From assembly GCA_051866635.1 (NCBI GenBank), contig JBJDXJ010000026.1:57799-121798 (forward strand): a DNA stretch of 64,000 bases, written 5' to 3'. This DNA comes from Clostridia bacterium. Its GTDB lineage: Bacteria > Bacillota > Clostridia > UMGS1883. The notes beneath the pieces are model-generated. The model ran no database searches and had not been told where the DNA came from. It saw only the letters and a list, made by a program, of their open reading frames with translations. Positions 49,554-59,645 of the stretch are shown one piece after another; the first letter of the stretch is position 1; each line of letters begins with the position of its first letter. The position numbers were made by a program, and so were the translations under genes.

Positions 49554-50834
49554 CTAAGAAACACTAACCGTTGTAGAGCCAAGGTTAGTTGTATCAGATT
49601 TATAAATGTAATAATCTTCAGTATATCCCGAAGCATTGGTAAATGAGATTGTGTCAACCAATGTAAAGCCTCCTGTAAAACCGCCCACAGTAAATGTGCA
49701 GACTCCCATCCTCTTAGGTAAACAATAGTATATGTATTCGCTTTCTCCGGGAGTAGCACTAAAGCTTGTCAGCTTGCTTGCTCTCAAGTTCTTTGACAGA
49801 CCAAGAATAAACTCGCTATTATAAGCTTCAGGTTCTGCTGCTTTTCCATAATACACACCATTATAGAAATTCACCTTTGTTGTTTTTGTTACAGTTAAAT
49901 CTCTTTCATCTGTAACCGCAAGCGTAAATGTCGGATTGCTGTCCATTGTAATTGCAACATTAGTCAATATAGATGTCGTATCATTAACGTCAGGTACATT
50001 AAATCCGTATCCAGTTAAAGACTCACTTAACTTTATAGCCGAAGGTGTCTTATTTGTCTTCCAAGAGAGAGTCAATGCTGATACAGTTGCACCCATTTCT
50101 TTTGTCCCAGCATTATGAGTAAAAGAAGAAATTTCAATGGGAACGTAGAGCAAATCAGCAACAGAAGTTTCAAGTGCTTCAACTCTTTCTTTGGTCGCAT
50201 TTAATTCTTCAACTTCTTCGTATGTAAGTTCATAGAATTCATGAACATAAAGAAATCCATATACATCTCTTCCAATCATATTCATCCATTTTAATACAAC
50301 TCTCGTTAAAGGGGGAATACTCATACTTTTTCCGGAATAATAGTATAATCCCTCAATTTCTCCTTCTGAGTTTCTACCTGTAAATCCAAGCAAAGGCATA
50401 TCAAGAGTTACATTTTTATCTGATAGATTGTTAATATAAAGTGTAAATCCTTCAGGAAGCACTTCAGTTCCTTCAGGGTTTACACCATTACATAGCTTTA
50501 TTGACAAAGTCATGTCAGTATATGATGAATAAATTACATCTGTAGTTATTGCTTCATCAATTCCTTCTATAACGTTTATGATATGCGGCATCGTAGGCTC
50601 TATAAGAATAGGTTCTTCGGTATTACTGCCAACCACAACAACAGATTGTGGGCTTGTGTCAATCCATTGTGTACCGTTCCACAAAAACTCTCTGTCAACA
50701 GCTTCCACATAACAGCGCAATCCCTTATACTTTGTCGTGATTTTATCACGGGCAGCAAGGGTTTTGACTACAAATCTTTCATCAACAGGTAAGGCTGCGC
50801 CAATCTTAAAATTTGTACTAACTATAATTGCCAT
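49554..50834 (-). CDS. Putative tail/fibre-associated structural protein
   Basis: NFKIGAALPVDERFVV N-terminus, beta-rich C-terminus; position in the tail module. Confidence 0.6.
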   Translation of the reverse strand: MAIIVSTNFKIGAALPVDERFVVKTLAARDKITTKYKGLRCYVEAVDREFLWNGTQWIDTSPQSVVVVGSNTEEPILIEPTMPHIINVIEGIDEAITTDVIYSSYTDMTLSIKLCNGVNPEGTEVLPEGFTLYINNLSDKNVTLDMPLLGFTGRNSEGEIEGLYYYSGKSMSIPPLTRVVLKWMNMIGRDVYGFLYVHEFYELTYEEVEELNATKERVEALETSVADLLYVPIEISSFTHNAGTKEMGATVSALTLSWKTNKTPSAIKLSESLTGYGFNVPDVNDTTSILTNVAITMDSNPTFTLAVTDERDLTVTKTTKVNFYNGVYYGKAAEPEAYNSEFILGLSKNLRASKLTSFSATPGESEYIYYCLPKRMGVCTFTVGGFTGGFTLVDTISFTNASGYTEDYYIYKSDTTNLGSTTVSVS

Positions 50835-50852
50835 ATTAATCTCCTCTTCGTT

Positions 50853-51434
50853 TTATAAATACACCGAGAATTCCATCGGTATAGTGGTACTATGCTTATA
50901 TGTATAAACATAATACTTGCCTACTTTAGTTACATTAAAATCGTTCGTATTGTCAAACATATTAACGTCTCTTATTTTTTTAATGTTTCCTTCTGAAGCT
51001 ATACAATACTTTCCTTTACTTACGGTAAATGTCTTTTTACACGTCATATTTAGTGCTTCAACTTCGCTTTCTCTTGAAGGCTCCGTACAAACACTGCCGT
51101 AATAAAATTTAAACACTTTCAAAGCCGCTGTTCCAACAAAGTTCCCTTTCACTTCACAAATTATTACATCGCTCACACCGGCATCTTCTTCAGAATACCA
51201 CCTAAACTGTAACTCAGCATAGCGGTTTTCAACAAGCCGCATCGTTTCATTTTCCGAAAACTCAACTATAACGCCGCTTCCGTCTTCAGCTGTATCGCAA
51301 TTTCTTTTCTCACAGATTAGCGTTCCTTCCTGTCTCAACACACAGTCAACAACAGCATCGGCAGACAGTTTATATTTGGAATAGAGCATTAAACTCGTCT
51401 TTTCCCCACGTGTTATAACAACCTTACGTGCCAC
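50853..51434 (-). CDS. Phage structural protein
   Basis: Position; C-terminal half resembles the C-terminus of 49554-50834. Confidence 0.5.
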   Translation of the reverse strand: MARKVVITRGEKTSLMLYSKYKLSADAVVDCVLRQEGTLICEKRNCDTAEDGSGVIVEFSENETMRLVENRYAELQFRWYSEEDAGVSDVIICEVKGNFVGTAALKVFKFYYGSVCTEPSRESEVEALNMTCKKTFTVSKGKYCIASEGNIKKIRDVNMFDNTNDFNVTKVGKYYVYTYKHSTTIPMEFSVYL

Positions 51435-51567
51435 TATCTGTCACCGCCCCATTTTTTAAGCTCTGTATAATTTCTTTCAAATCCTCAATTTCTTTTAATG
51501 TATCCCGTTTAAACTTGTCAAACTCTTCTCCAAGCTCTTCAAGGGTTCTATCATTTATATCATTCAT
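51424..51567 (-). CDS. Small 47-aa coiled-coil protein (absent from the ORF track)
   Basis: MNDINDRTLEELGEEFDKFKRDTLKEIEDLKEIIQSLKNGAVTDSGT; overlaps both neighbours and fills the gap in the operon. Confidence 0.65.
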   Translation of the reverse strand: MNDINDRTLEELGEEFDKFKRDTLKEIEDLKEIIQSLKNGAVTDSGT

Positions 51568-53803
51568 AAGCCGCTGAGCCTCCGTTCTTAATTTCAATAT
51601 CCAAACTTATCAGCCTGAAATAACCTTTTCCTTTAAATTTCAGCTTCAAAAACCAGTCAACCGCATTTGTAAAGCTCGCTTCAGCTCTTTTTACAACGGT
51701 TTTCCCTGTGCTGTTTTCCCGTGACAGAGCTTTCATCTCACTGTCGTCACTTTTTACAACACTCATATCAAAGGAGGCCCCTGGCTCAAGGGAGTACGTT
51801 AACCGTATCTTTTGCAACCTTTTTAAGCTCAGAGTGCTTTCTGTCATAGCACAGGTGGCAAAGCTCCATTCTCCATAATCAGAACCGTCAAGCTTTATAA
51901 TGCTGCCGCCGTTTGTAACAGCATACATATCTCCTCCAAGCATAAAAAAGCGTTTAACACCTTCAAAATGCTCGGACTGCATCTGAACCCACATTCCCAA
52001 TATAAAATCGTACAGAAAAACTTCGTCCCCTGTTTTCACAAGCAAGCTGCGGTCGTTTCCAAGCATAATAACATCATCGTACACATCAACGCCGATTTCG
52101 TCACCTATTACTTTTGGGAAACTTCCGCCATATGTTCTCAGCGCCGTTTTTCCTGCAAAACACAATCTTCCGTATGCCTCGCATACGCCGTAAGGGAACG
52201 GCGTTCCCACAGCATATACGTCCTGCACAGAAAACGGGTTACTGCCGCCGTACACTTCCTGCATGAAACCACTTTTTAAAACGCTTATTCTGCCCAAATA
52301 CTCATGCATTGCAACAATATTACCGTCAGCTGAACTATTAGCCGTGGTAGTACTCATCCATGCATTTGCTGAATTTATTGTGTCTGTGTTGTCAAGCGTC
52401 CAGCCCTTATAGTTATTGTATTCACTGCATATGATAAAACTTCCGCTGCTTCCGAATACTCTGCCCTTATAAAAAGTCACGCTGTCAAACTTAGGAGGCG
52501 TCGCCGCTTCATAATTCAATATTCCGGGTCCGTAATGGTAATCAGTGTTGTTTTTGTAGTGAACTTTTTTACCGTCTATCACATCATCGGCATAAATTCC
52601 TTTTGCACTAAGCTTTTCGTCAATGGTTTTTATATTTAGCTCACTTTTACTTCCGGCATAATAAAGTTTATTCCCTATGTAGTGAGTTTCCGGGAGTTCA
52701 CCTATACAAACTCCGTTTTTATCCATATAACTTACATAGGCTTCACCGTCTCCTGCAACAACATATATGTTTCTTCTCAGCTCCACCCATGCACTATACT
52801 TATAATTGCTGTCGCAATAACGAGGAACATACGAAAAATATCTCCACACTTCATCCGCTTTTCCATCTTTGCATACAACATAAATTAACGAAGTATCAAG
52901 TGCGCCGTCAGCTTTTTTATAAAAAGTACTCTCAACAACCTCATCCACAAACTGTATGCTTCCCGAAGGAAGCACAGGCAAATATTCCCTTTCGCTACTG
53001 CCTACCTGAACATACGTTGTGAAAGCACATATATTTTCATTTACTGTAATAACGCTGTTTTTTGTGTCGTATGTTTCTGCAAATGTGACCCTTGTCTTTT
53101 CTGTGGGGTTGTTTGTATTTGCACTGTTTCCTATTGGTATATAACAAAAACCTTTATCTGTAACCTCTCCGTAAACATAACCTAAATCACAGGCAATGAA
53201 TATCTTTTTTCCCCTTGTAACAACATCGTAAATTTCGGATATGCTCTTTTCTTCTCCCCCTAGGGTAAAGGTAATCCTTAAAATTTCTTCCGCTACCTTT
53301 CCGCTTTCCACAAAGGGGAAATTTTTAAAGCTAACATTTACAGCTTCGCTCAGCGCCCCCGAGTCAACTGTACATCTTTTATTTAGCCCCTTCCAGCCTC
53401 CGATATGCTGTATACTTGTCTGCACCGCTTCGGGGCGAGATGCAACCGGGATTACAATGTCTGCTTTAGGGTTATCAGTATTAACCTTAGGCACACCGCC
53501 TTTTATTGCAATTTGGCTATTCTCGGGGTTATTACTGTTTCCTTTGGGTACAGCCGCCTTCACAGGTGATTGTCTTACAGGATTGTTGCTTTTTCCCTCC
53601 GGCACAGCCGCCTTCACAGGCGATTGTCTTACGGGATTATTGCTACTCCCTTCGGGTACACTGCCTTTTACGGCAATCTGTCTTGCCTCAGGGCTATTTG
53701 TACTAACCTCGGGCAAGCCGCCCCGAACCGCAATTTGCTTTATTCCGGGGCTTTGGCTGTTTCCCTTTGGTACATTCCTTAAAAATGGATTTTTATTTTC
53801 CAT
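51560..53803 (-). CDS. Putative podoviral tail nozzle / DNA stabilization protein with N-terminal repeats
   Basis: WKGLN...GALSEAVNV start of a beta-propeller-like region; LKRLQKIRL...LKLKFKGKG..RLISLDIE C-terminus; position after the adaptor. Confidence 0.6.
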   Translation of the reverse strand: MENKNPFLRNVPKGNSQSPGIKQIAVRGGLPEVSTNSPEARQIAVKGSVPEGSSNNPVRQSPVKAAVPEGKSNNPVRQSPVKAAVPKGNSNNPENSQIAIKGGVPKVNTDNPKADIVIPVASRPEAVQTSIQHIGGWKGLNKRCTVDSGALSEAVNVSFKNFPFVESGKVAEEILRITFTLGGEEKSISEIYDVVTRGKKIFIACDLGYVYGEVTDKGFCYIPIGNSANTNNPTEKTRVTFAETYDTKNSVITVNENICAFTTYVQVGSSEREYLPVLPSGSIQFVDEVVESTFYKKADGALDTSLIYVVCKDGKADEVWRYFSYVPRYCDSNYKYSAWVELRRNIYVVAGDGEAYVSYMDKNGVCIGELPETHYIGNKLYYAGSKSELNIKTIDEKLSAKGIYADDVIDGKKVHYKNNTDYHYGPGILNYEAATPPKFDSVTFYKGRVFGSSGSFIICSEYNNYKGWTLDNTDTINSANAWMSTTTANSSADGNIVAMHEYLGRISVLKSGFMQEVYGGSNPFSVQDVYAVGTPFPYGVCEAYGRLCFAGKTALRTYGGSFPKVIGDEIGVDVYDDVIMLGNDRSLLVKTGDEVFLYDFILGMWVQMQSEHFEGVKRFFMLGGDMYAVTNGGSIIKLDGSDYGEWSFATCAMTESTLSLKRLQKIRLTYSLEPGASFDMSVVKSDDSEMKALSRENSTGKTVVKRAEASFTNAVDWFLKLKFKGKGYFRLISLDIEIKNGGSAAYE
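53460..53780 (-). repeat. 57-60 bp coding tandem repeats (about five units)
   Basis: Units such as PVRQSPVKAAVPEGKSNN and PEARQIAVKGSVPEGSSNN. Confidence 0.9.
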
Positions 53804-53819
53804 ATATTACACACCCTTA

Positions 53820-54410
53820 TCAGCCGTATTGGGGTTTTGTGCCTGCCACCCATGCCGAAAAGCCTTCAAGCTGTGCATTATAATCTCCCATCCACTTCGC
53901 CGCGAGATTATCTTCATTAATCCACTTATAGCACTCGGCTCTGACATAAGCTATAAGCATAGGCACATATTCATTAGGCAGAGGTATAAATTCCTCACTT
54001 TCCACGCTCTGTACAAGCTTGGGCCGCTGATTATAATATATATCAACAGTTCCGGCAAACCCGTCTTTACTTACAATACTTACTCCGCCCGTTTCGTTTT
54101 TGTAGTATGTGTTAGAATATGTTCCTGCCCTTCTGGGGGTAGTAAGGGTAAAATCTTCACCGTTAGCGCTTATGCGTTCAATGTCCTCAAAATTAACTGA
54201 CTCAATATTAAGCTGTGTTGCTGAACCTGCATCAGCCACAACACCTAAAACCGTAATCAGCCCTTGTTCCTTTATAACTCCTCCATACAGTTGCTGAATT
54301 ACGCTGTTGCAGGCAAGGAGCATAATATCACCGGGCACATCCTTATAGCTTTCTATTTCGTTTTTAACGGTGTTAAACATAAATTTATATGTGTATCCGC
54401 TTTTATACAT
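53820..54410 (-). CDS. Putative head-tail adaptor (tail tubular protein A-like)
   Basis: YYNQRPKL...PLPNEYVPMLIAYVRAE...YNAQL pattern; position after the capsid. Confidence 0.6.
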   Translation of the reverse strand: MYKSGYTYKFMFNTVKNEIESYKDVPGDIMLLACNSVIQQLYGGVIKEQGLITVLGVVADAGSATQLNIESVNFEDIERISANGEDFTLTTPRRAGTYSNTYYKNETGGVSIVSKDGFAGTVDIYYNQRPKLVQSVESEEFIPLPNEYVPMLIAYVRAECYKWINEDNLAAKWMGDYNAQLEGFSAWVAGTKPQYG

Positions 54411-54414
54411 TTTT

Positions 54415-54768
54415 TCACCATCCTTGTTTTCTCATAATTCTCATCCTGTTTCCGTTACTTATTTCCTCAGCAGTTTTCTCTGCCGCAGAAGCCTTCCTCA
54501 AAAATTCGCTTTTAAATTCCGCATTCCCGGTGCACAAAAACAAAATGTTGTCTATTATCGCCACGTGGAAAAGTTCATTGCACCATATTTCATCATCGCT
54601 TACAAGTGTCGGATGCTTCTGTGCCCCTTTGTTAAGCCACAGATATTTCTTTTTCACAATAGTTTCAAGCTCGGAAAGCGTGTCATATAAATGGCTTATA
54701 AACACTCTCTCATCAATTGCCTGTCCAAGCCTTATTCCAACCTTTTCATATGCTTCTCTTACAGTCAT
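54415..54768 (-). CDS. Phage protein, possible head-completion factor
   Basis: Position directly after the capsid gene; RBS AAGGTGG. Confidence 0.5.
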   Translation of the reverse strand: MTVREAYEKVGIRLGQAIDERVFISHLYDTLSELETIVKKKYLWLNKGAQKHPTLVSDDEIWCNELFHVAIIDNILFLCTGNAEFKSEFLRKASAAEKTAEEISNGNRMRIMRKQGW

Positions 54769-54792
54769 AAAACCACCTTAATATACAAAAAC

Positions 54793-54825
54793 AAAGGCAG
54801 GCAAGGCTTTGCCCGCCTTCGTTTA
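54793..54825 (-). terminator. Terminator after the major capsid gene
   Basis: AAGGCAGGCAA-GGCT-TTGCCCGCCTT followed by a T-rich tract on the minus strand. Confidence 0.7.
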
Positions 54826-54848
54826 TTCATTTATTTATGTATGTATAT

Positions 54849-56054
54849 TTACGCTAAAGCCGCATTTACAATCTTCACAAATCCACCGGGATTGGAATAT
54901 GTATAGTTGCCGTAGCTTGCAAAGAGCGCCGTATAAATGCTTGTGCCTTCCTTAAGTACGAACGCAGGAGAGTCGGGAGCGCTTCTTGTGTAGTCAAGCT
55001 CTGTCATATGGGGTGTAATATCACCGGTAGGAATACCGATAATTTCACCCTTCGGAACAAACTTTTCTTCATAAAGCTCAATCTCTCTGTTTCCGTGGAT
55101 GAAGCTTAAGCTCTTAAAGCCGCTTTTTCCTTCATTCTTGTCCACAAGACGGGTGTTCGTCGCTTCAACATAGCTCTGGAAGGCGTCATAAGCTTCACTG
55201 GAGCAAGCGAACACGTCAATTTCGCCGTTGTGGTCGTCACTTGCACGAAGTGCCGCAGTAAACACATCCATCGCAAGGTCATTGTTAGCATCAATAGTCG
55301 TAGGCACAGCCCAAGGGTTAGCAGCCTTTGAAATACCTGCAATATAAGGAATACTGTCATCGAACAGCGTACCGATACCTGTTATTTCGTTGCCGTAAGA
55401 GTTCTGGACAGTAATAAAGCTGCCTTCTGCCACAGTTACGGTTGTATCAAGAAGCACCTTCGGCGCATCTGTTCGCTTGCCTGAAATACTTAAAATTCTC
55501 GCTTTGCTGTATTTAGGCTCGCTGCCGACTGCGGCACCCGGGGCATAAATATCAATAACAATACCCATTTCAAGGTTTCTTGCGTTGTCTACAACAAGGA
55601 TATTAGTGTTATTTGCCGCACTTGCAACGTTGGCAAGAACACCCATTCCGTTACCGAACATGCTTCTTCCCATGTTCCACTTGGCAACCTTTGTAGCACC
55701 CGTCAATTCCTTTTCCAGGTAATCAATCTGCTGGGCCTCAGGCTTATTTTTCAGAAGTCTGTCCAAAAGCTCTACTCTAACGTAGAACTCTTTAGGCTCT
55801 TCTCTGAAATCCTCAACCCTAACATTAGCGGCATGAGGGGTCTTTCTTCCACTCATATCACCGTAGCCTGCACCGCCGGAAAATCCTACGGGGATAGGTG
55901 TTTCAATCCATTTTTCGCCGTTATATCCTGCGTTTCTGTCCTGTATCTTCTGGCATATATAACTGCAGTCTGTCTGTATTGCATTTCTCATTGCAGGCAA
56001 ATACGCCACTTTTGTTATATTATTTGCGTGTTCAATGTAGTTAAATTCACTCAT
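54849..56054 (-). CDS. Major capsid protein
   Basis: 401 aa after the scaffold and followed by a terminator; FGNGMG, YGNY...NP C-terminal pattern. Confidence 0.8.
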   Translation of the reverse strand: MSEFNYIEHANNITKVAYLPAMRNAIQTDCSYICQKIQDRNAGYNGEKWIETPIPVGFSGGAGYGDMSGRKTPHAANVRVEDFREEPKEFYVRVELLDRLLKNKPEAQQIDYLEKELTGATKVAKWNMGRSMFGNGMGVLANVASAANNTNILVVDNARNLEMGIVIDIYAPGAAVGSEPKYSKARILSISGKRTDAPKVLLDTTVTVAEGSFITVQNSYGNEITGIGTLFDDSIPYIAGISKAANPWAVPTTIDANNDLAMDVFTAALRASDDHNGEIDVFACSSEAYDAFQSYVEATNTRLVDKNEGKSGFKSLSFIHGNREIELYEEKFVPKGEIIGIPTGDITPHMTELDYTRSAPDSPAFVLKEGTSIYTALFASYGNYTYSNPGGFVKIVNAALA

Positions 56055-56060
56055 TAATTA

Positions 56061-57023
56061 TCATCCTTTCTTTCTAAACATTTTATCTACCAGTTTTCTG
56101 GCTTCTTCCATTGTTTTGGGCGGTTCGGGTGCAGTGTACGGCTCTGCCGATGAAAAGCTTCCGCCAACGGGAACGGGAGGAATATCGTCCCCTGTGTCAA
56201 GGTTGCTTATTCTTTCCTTTTCAACAGCGCCTCTGAACTCGTCATTTTTTCGGTACAAATCCATAAGCTCGTCCACACTCATGCCCGTCTTGCCCTTTTC
56301 AATAGCTTCAAGCCCTGCATTCATTATGTAGGCAGTAATCATCTGCTCCATTGGATTTTTATGTGCCTTTAAAATTTCGTTTCTGCCTATAAGTGCATTA
56401 AGAGCGTCAACCTTTCCGCCAAATCCGGGGAAATCCTCCTCCATTGAGGACAAAAGCTTTATTGCCTTTGCCATATCCGCCTCATACCTTGCCGCATCCG
56501 CTTCCTGTATAATAGGTGCCGCTTCCTTTCTAAGACGGCTCATAATGTTCTCCATCAGCTTACCTGATGCATCCTTTTTTTCATTTTCGTCCCCGTATAT
56601 AAAAGCAGAAAAATCGAAATTATCTCCGTCATCCACACAAGCGGCAACAACACCTTCCTTGGCAAGGTCTCCGCCCTGTTTCAAAGCCTCTTTTAGCTTA
56701 CTGTTTTCTTCCGTAAGCTTTTCAATTTCGCCCCTAAGGTTTTCAACTTCTCCCTTCAACGCGTTAACGTCAACCGCTTCTTCGGTATCGGACATTTCCT
56801 TGCCTGCCTCGCTTTCCGGGGCAGGCAAGTTTTCATTATCTGCAGGAACTTCTTCTGTAGGTTCTTCCTGCATATCAGCCGCAACAGGGTTTTCATTAAG
56901 AGGCGTTTCATCTTCTACGGGGGTATCATCTAACGCAGGGACAGCTTCCTTTTCCTTTTCTTCTGCCATAATCTGCATGGCTTTGTCCCTGGCTTCTTTA
57001 AATCTTTTATTCATTTTTTTCAC
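56061..57023 (-). CDS. Capsid scaffolding protein
   Basis: Acidic N-terminus, coiled coil, PKTMEEARK C-terminal helix; located between portal and capsid. Confidence 0.75.
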   Translation of the reverse strand: MKKMNKRFKEARDKAMQIMAEEKEKEAVPALDDTPVEDETPLNENPVAADMQEEPTEEVPADNENLPAPESEAGKEMSDTEEAVDVNALKGEVENLRGEIEKLTEENSKLKEALKQGGDLAKEGVVAACVDDGDNFDFSAFIYGDENEKKDASGKLMENIMSRLRKEAAPIIQEADAARYEADMAKAIKLLSSMEEDFPGFGGKVDALNALIGRNEILKAHKNPMEQMITAYIMNAGLEAIEKGKTGMSVDELMDLYRKNDEFRGAVEKERISNLDTGDDIPPVPVGGSFSSAEPYTAPEPPKTMEEARKLVDKMFRKKG

Positions 57024-57028
57024 ATCCT

Positions 57029-58984
57029 TTACATCTGCACAGGTGTCTGTGCTGCTTTTGTTTCCTGTATTCGTGCTTCATGTGCCTGATAATGTGCTAA
57101 TATAAGCTCCGCCCACTGGGGTTTCCTCCGCTTTAACATTTCAAACTCAAGTGAAAGTATAAACCGCTTATGTTCTTCCGCGTGTATTTGGTCATCATCA
57201 TAGGAATTTATGTCACAAAACATTCCGTTTCTCATATATGTGGTTTCTCTCTGCGCCTGGCTTATTGAGAGGGAATTTATTCCCAATAGTTCCGAATATC
57301 TTCCAAGCTTAAGCTTTTCAAGCCCCATATTCTTTACTCTTTGGGGTGTCTGCCCTGTCTCGTCGGTATAATATCCCAGCTCAACCGCTTCCTTGAACCG
57401 CTGGAGTTGCATTTCCTCGCTTAAAACAAGCTCGTTTTCAGTTTCAAAATCCACCTCAAAAGACTGTATATCCTCACCTGTCCATATAAGCGCATTTCCC
57501 ATATCTCCCATACCGGTATACTCCATAACCCTCGGAAGCCTGGTAAACTTTTTATACAGTTTCAGCACCATAACACCCAGCTTTATCACGCTTTCACGCA
57601 TATATTCACCTGTCATTGCCATACGGGTATTGTCTATTTCCCTCAAACTCTCAATGGCAGAACCTGAGGTTATTCCGCTGGGTGCCGCACCTATCATCTG
57701 CAGCTGGCTCACACCTGCCACATACTCCATATCATTTTCAAGTCTTTCCATCTCTTGTAAGACTTCACCCGGCAAATTATCAATCTGTAATCTGTCAGGC
57801 TTATTGCGACCTTGTTTATATTCAAAAATGCCGTCGTCAGGTGTTCCGTATTTTTCCAGCTTGTCCACATCCATACTGCCCTCTTCAACAAGCAATCCGC
57901 CTACGGAAATTCGCTTAATATGCTCATGGGTGAGGTTTTTCACCATGTTGTAGCTACGTTGAAGGGGTATCAGCTCCTCTATAACGCTTTTTCCATAAAA
58001 CTGTCCCGGCACACTCTTGCACTTAAACTGCACAATCGGAATAAAGTCGTAAACCAAATCACCGTTATGTAATATCTTTCCTCCGTCTGTGTCAGCCATT
58101 ACAATCTCTCTGCCTTTGGGGTAATCCCTTCCGGGCTTTTCGTAATAGGTGATTATTTTTACCGCATTTTCTTTTGTACTTGTGCTAAGCGTATTACCCG
58201 TACATTCCTTCTCCATGCCATAGCTTAGTGGCTTCGGCGTAATCGTAAAGGTCTGTATGCTGCTTCCATCACACTTAAAGCCGTATCGGTCATACACTTC
58301 TCTTGCACTCATAACCTGTACAATCATCATACTGGGCTGATTTTCAACACCTTCAATCATGCAGTCCTCCGGGTAAACCTCGTAGGCAGATACAAGTCCG
58401 TAATCAACATCCCCTTCATGGACATCAATTATTTTTTCACAGTATCCTTCAGCGTCCTTTTCAGTTATAAGTTTACGTCCTTTTACTTTGCCCTTTAAGC
58501 TGTTCCAGCCGCAAACCCAAAATCCGTTCCCGGTTATCTCCTCCCACATCAGTGCCTTGTTTTTCAGTGAATCAAAATGAGTAACGTCCTGCCAGTGCCT
58601 GAGTATCTTGGTAGAAACCTCCGCTTTTGCACAATCGTCAATATCGTCACGCCGAGGCGAAACCTTCAATGCATACGTAATTTTCTGCAGGTTGGCAACC
58701 CTCGTTTCAATTATGGGAGCTATGCGGTTATATACTTCTCTTTCCCTTGATTTATTTGTTACAGGGAACTGCTCAATCCCCATACCTCTGTACGGGTTAA
58801 TATCGCAATACTGGTTTCCCATAAAGAAGTTAGCGCACAAGGTCCATTTCATTTCATAGGGAAGCCTTTCGTATTTTCGGCGTTCATACTCACTATACAA
58901 AAAATCAATCGTTTCCCGTTCCCTTGCTTGCCTTTCAAGCTCCTCCGGCACAACCCTCTGGTGGCGGAATTTATATAACATCAT
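57029..58984 (-). CDS. Portal protein
   Basis: ~650 aa after terL; NRIAPII, FYGKSVIEELIPLQRSYN, TSGSAI; start overlaps the upstream stop (ATGA). Confidence 0.85.
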   Translation of the reverse strand: MMLYKFRHQRVVPEELERQARERETIDFLYSEYERRKYERLPYEMKWTLCANFFMGNQYCDINPYRGMGIEQFPVTNKSREREVYNRIAPIIETRVANLQKITYALKVSPRRDDIDDCAKAEVSTKILRHWQDVTHFDSLKNKALMWEEITGNGFWVCGWNSLKGKVKGRKLITEKDAEGYCEKIIDVHEGDVDYGLVSAYEVYPEDCMIEGVENQPSMMIVQVMSAREVYDRYGFKCDGSSIQTFTITPKPLSYGMEKECTGNTLSTSTKENAVKIITYYEKPGRDYPKGREIVMADTDGGKILHNGDLVYDFIPIVQFKCKSVPGQFYGKSVIEELIPLQRSYNMVKNLTHEHIKRISVGGLLVEEGSMDVDKLEKYGTPDDGIFEYKQGRNKPDRLQIDNLPGEVLQEMERLENDMEYVAGVSQLQMIGAAPSGITSGSAIESLREIDNTRMAMTGEYMRESVIKLGVMVLKLYKKFTRLPRVMEYTGMGDMGNALIWTGEDIQSFEVDFETENELVLSEEMQLQRFKEAVELGYYTDETGQTPQRVKNMGLEKLKLGRYSELLGINSLSISQAQRETTYMRNGMFCDINSYDDDQIHAEEHKRFILSLEFEMLKRRKPQWAELILAHYQAHEARIQETKAAQTPVQM

Positions 58985-59178
58985 TTCTTTTCTGCCTCCC
59001 ATTCATCGTGCCATGTTTTATTATTCATATCTACCCGTGCCTTTTTGACAATCGGCAAAGTATCACTTTTTTGGGGTTCTGCCCTCGCCTTTGCCGACAC
59101 TATTTTTAAAAGCAATACATCACTTATTACCTCTGCAATAAGTATCAGCGTTAAAATAAAAAACAAAATCAGTTTCAT
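58981..59178 (-). CDS. Small membrane-anchored phage protein
   Basis: Hydrophobic N-terminus; coupled to the portal gene. Confidence 0.55.
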   Translation of the reverse strand: MKLILFFILTLILIAEVISDVLLLKIVSAKARAEPQKSDTLPIVKKARVDMNNKTWHDEWEAEKK

Positions 59179-59181
59179 ACC

Positions 59182-59490
59182 TTATTGCGCCTTTCTTGTG
59201 CTTCTCTTCTTTGTTTTTTCAGCCGTTTCCTCTGCCGACGCTGTCTGCACTATGGCTTTTTCATCTGCCTTTACTTTGGCTTCCGCTTCTGCATCAGCCG
59301 ATGTCCGTACTACTGCCGAATGCATAGTCATTAGTGCTTCATATGCGCCTTTTATGCATTCCTCGCACATAATAACGCCTCTGCCAAATTCTCTCGAAGC
59401 GCTCACATTGAATGTATCAACCTTTGCACCGCTATTCCTGCAGCCCTTAACAATGCACTTTGTCCTTACCCTCTTTAGATTAATCCCCAT
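59182..59490 (-). CDS. Small Cys-containing phage protein
   Basis: ATG 59490 after GAGGAGG; CIVKGC and CEEC. Confidence 0.6.
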   Translation of the reverse strand: MGINLKRVRTKCIVKGCRNSGAKVDTFNVSASREFGRGVIMCEECIKGAYEALMTMHSAVVRTSADAEAEAKVKADEKAIVQTASAEETAEKTKKRSTRKAQ

Positions 59491-59522
59491 AGTTTTTGTC
59501 CTCCTCTTTTTATTTTCGTAAT

Positions 59523-59555
59523 CACTATAAACCCGTTGTGAATTTCCTGCGTGCA
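59523..59555 (-). promoter_or_regulatory. Phage late-promoter motif, copy 2
   Basis: TGCACGCAGGAAATTCACAACGGGTTTATAGTG, identical over 33 bp to 61624-61656. Confidence 0.8.
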
Positions 59556-59561
59556 CCCAAC

Positions 59562-59609
59562 GGCTCCCTTGTGTAAAGGGAGCTGTCAGCTTTGCTGACT
59601 GAGGGATTG
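59562..59609. repeat. REP-like double hairpin after terL
   Basis: GCTCCCTT-GTGTA-AAGGGAGC then GTCAGC-TTT-GCTGAC, followed by TGAGGGA. Confidence 0.6.
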
Positions 59610-59645
59610 TCCATTTTCTCTCTTCACTATTCACTCATACCTCAT

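Noticed and set aside
53241-54200. 319-aa plus-strand ORF with repeats
   Set aside because: Antisense shadow of the tail genes and their tandem repeat; no motif or clear RBS
59491-59634. N-terminal extensions in the ORF track (here, and 45695-45781 and 61606-61707)
   Set aside because: They run through promoter motifs and hairpins; strong RBSs support the downstream ATGs
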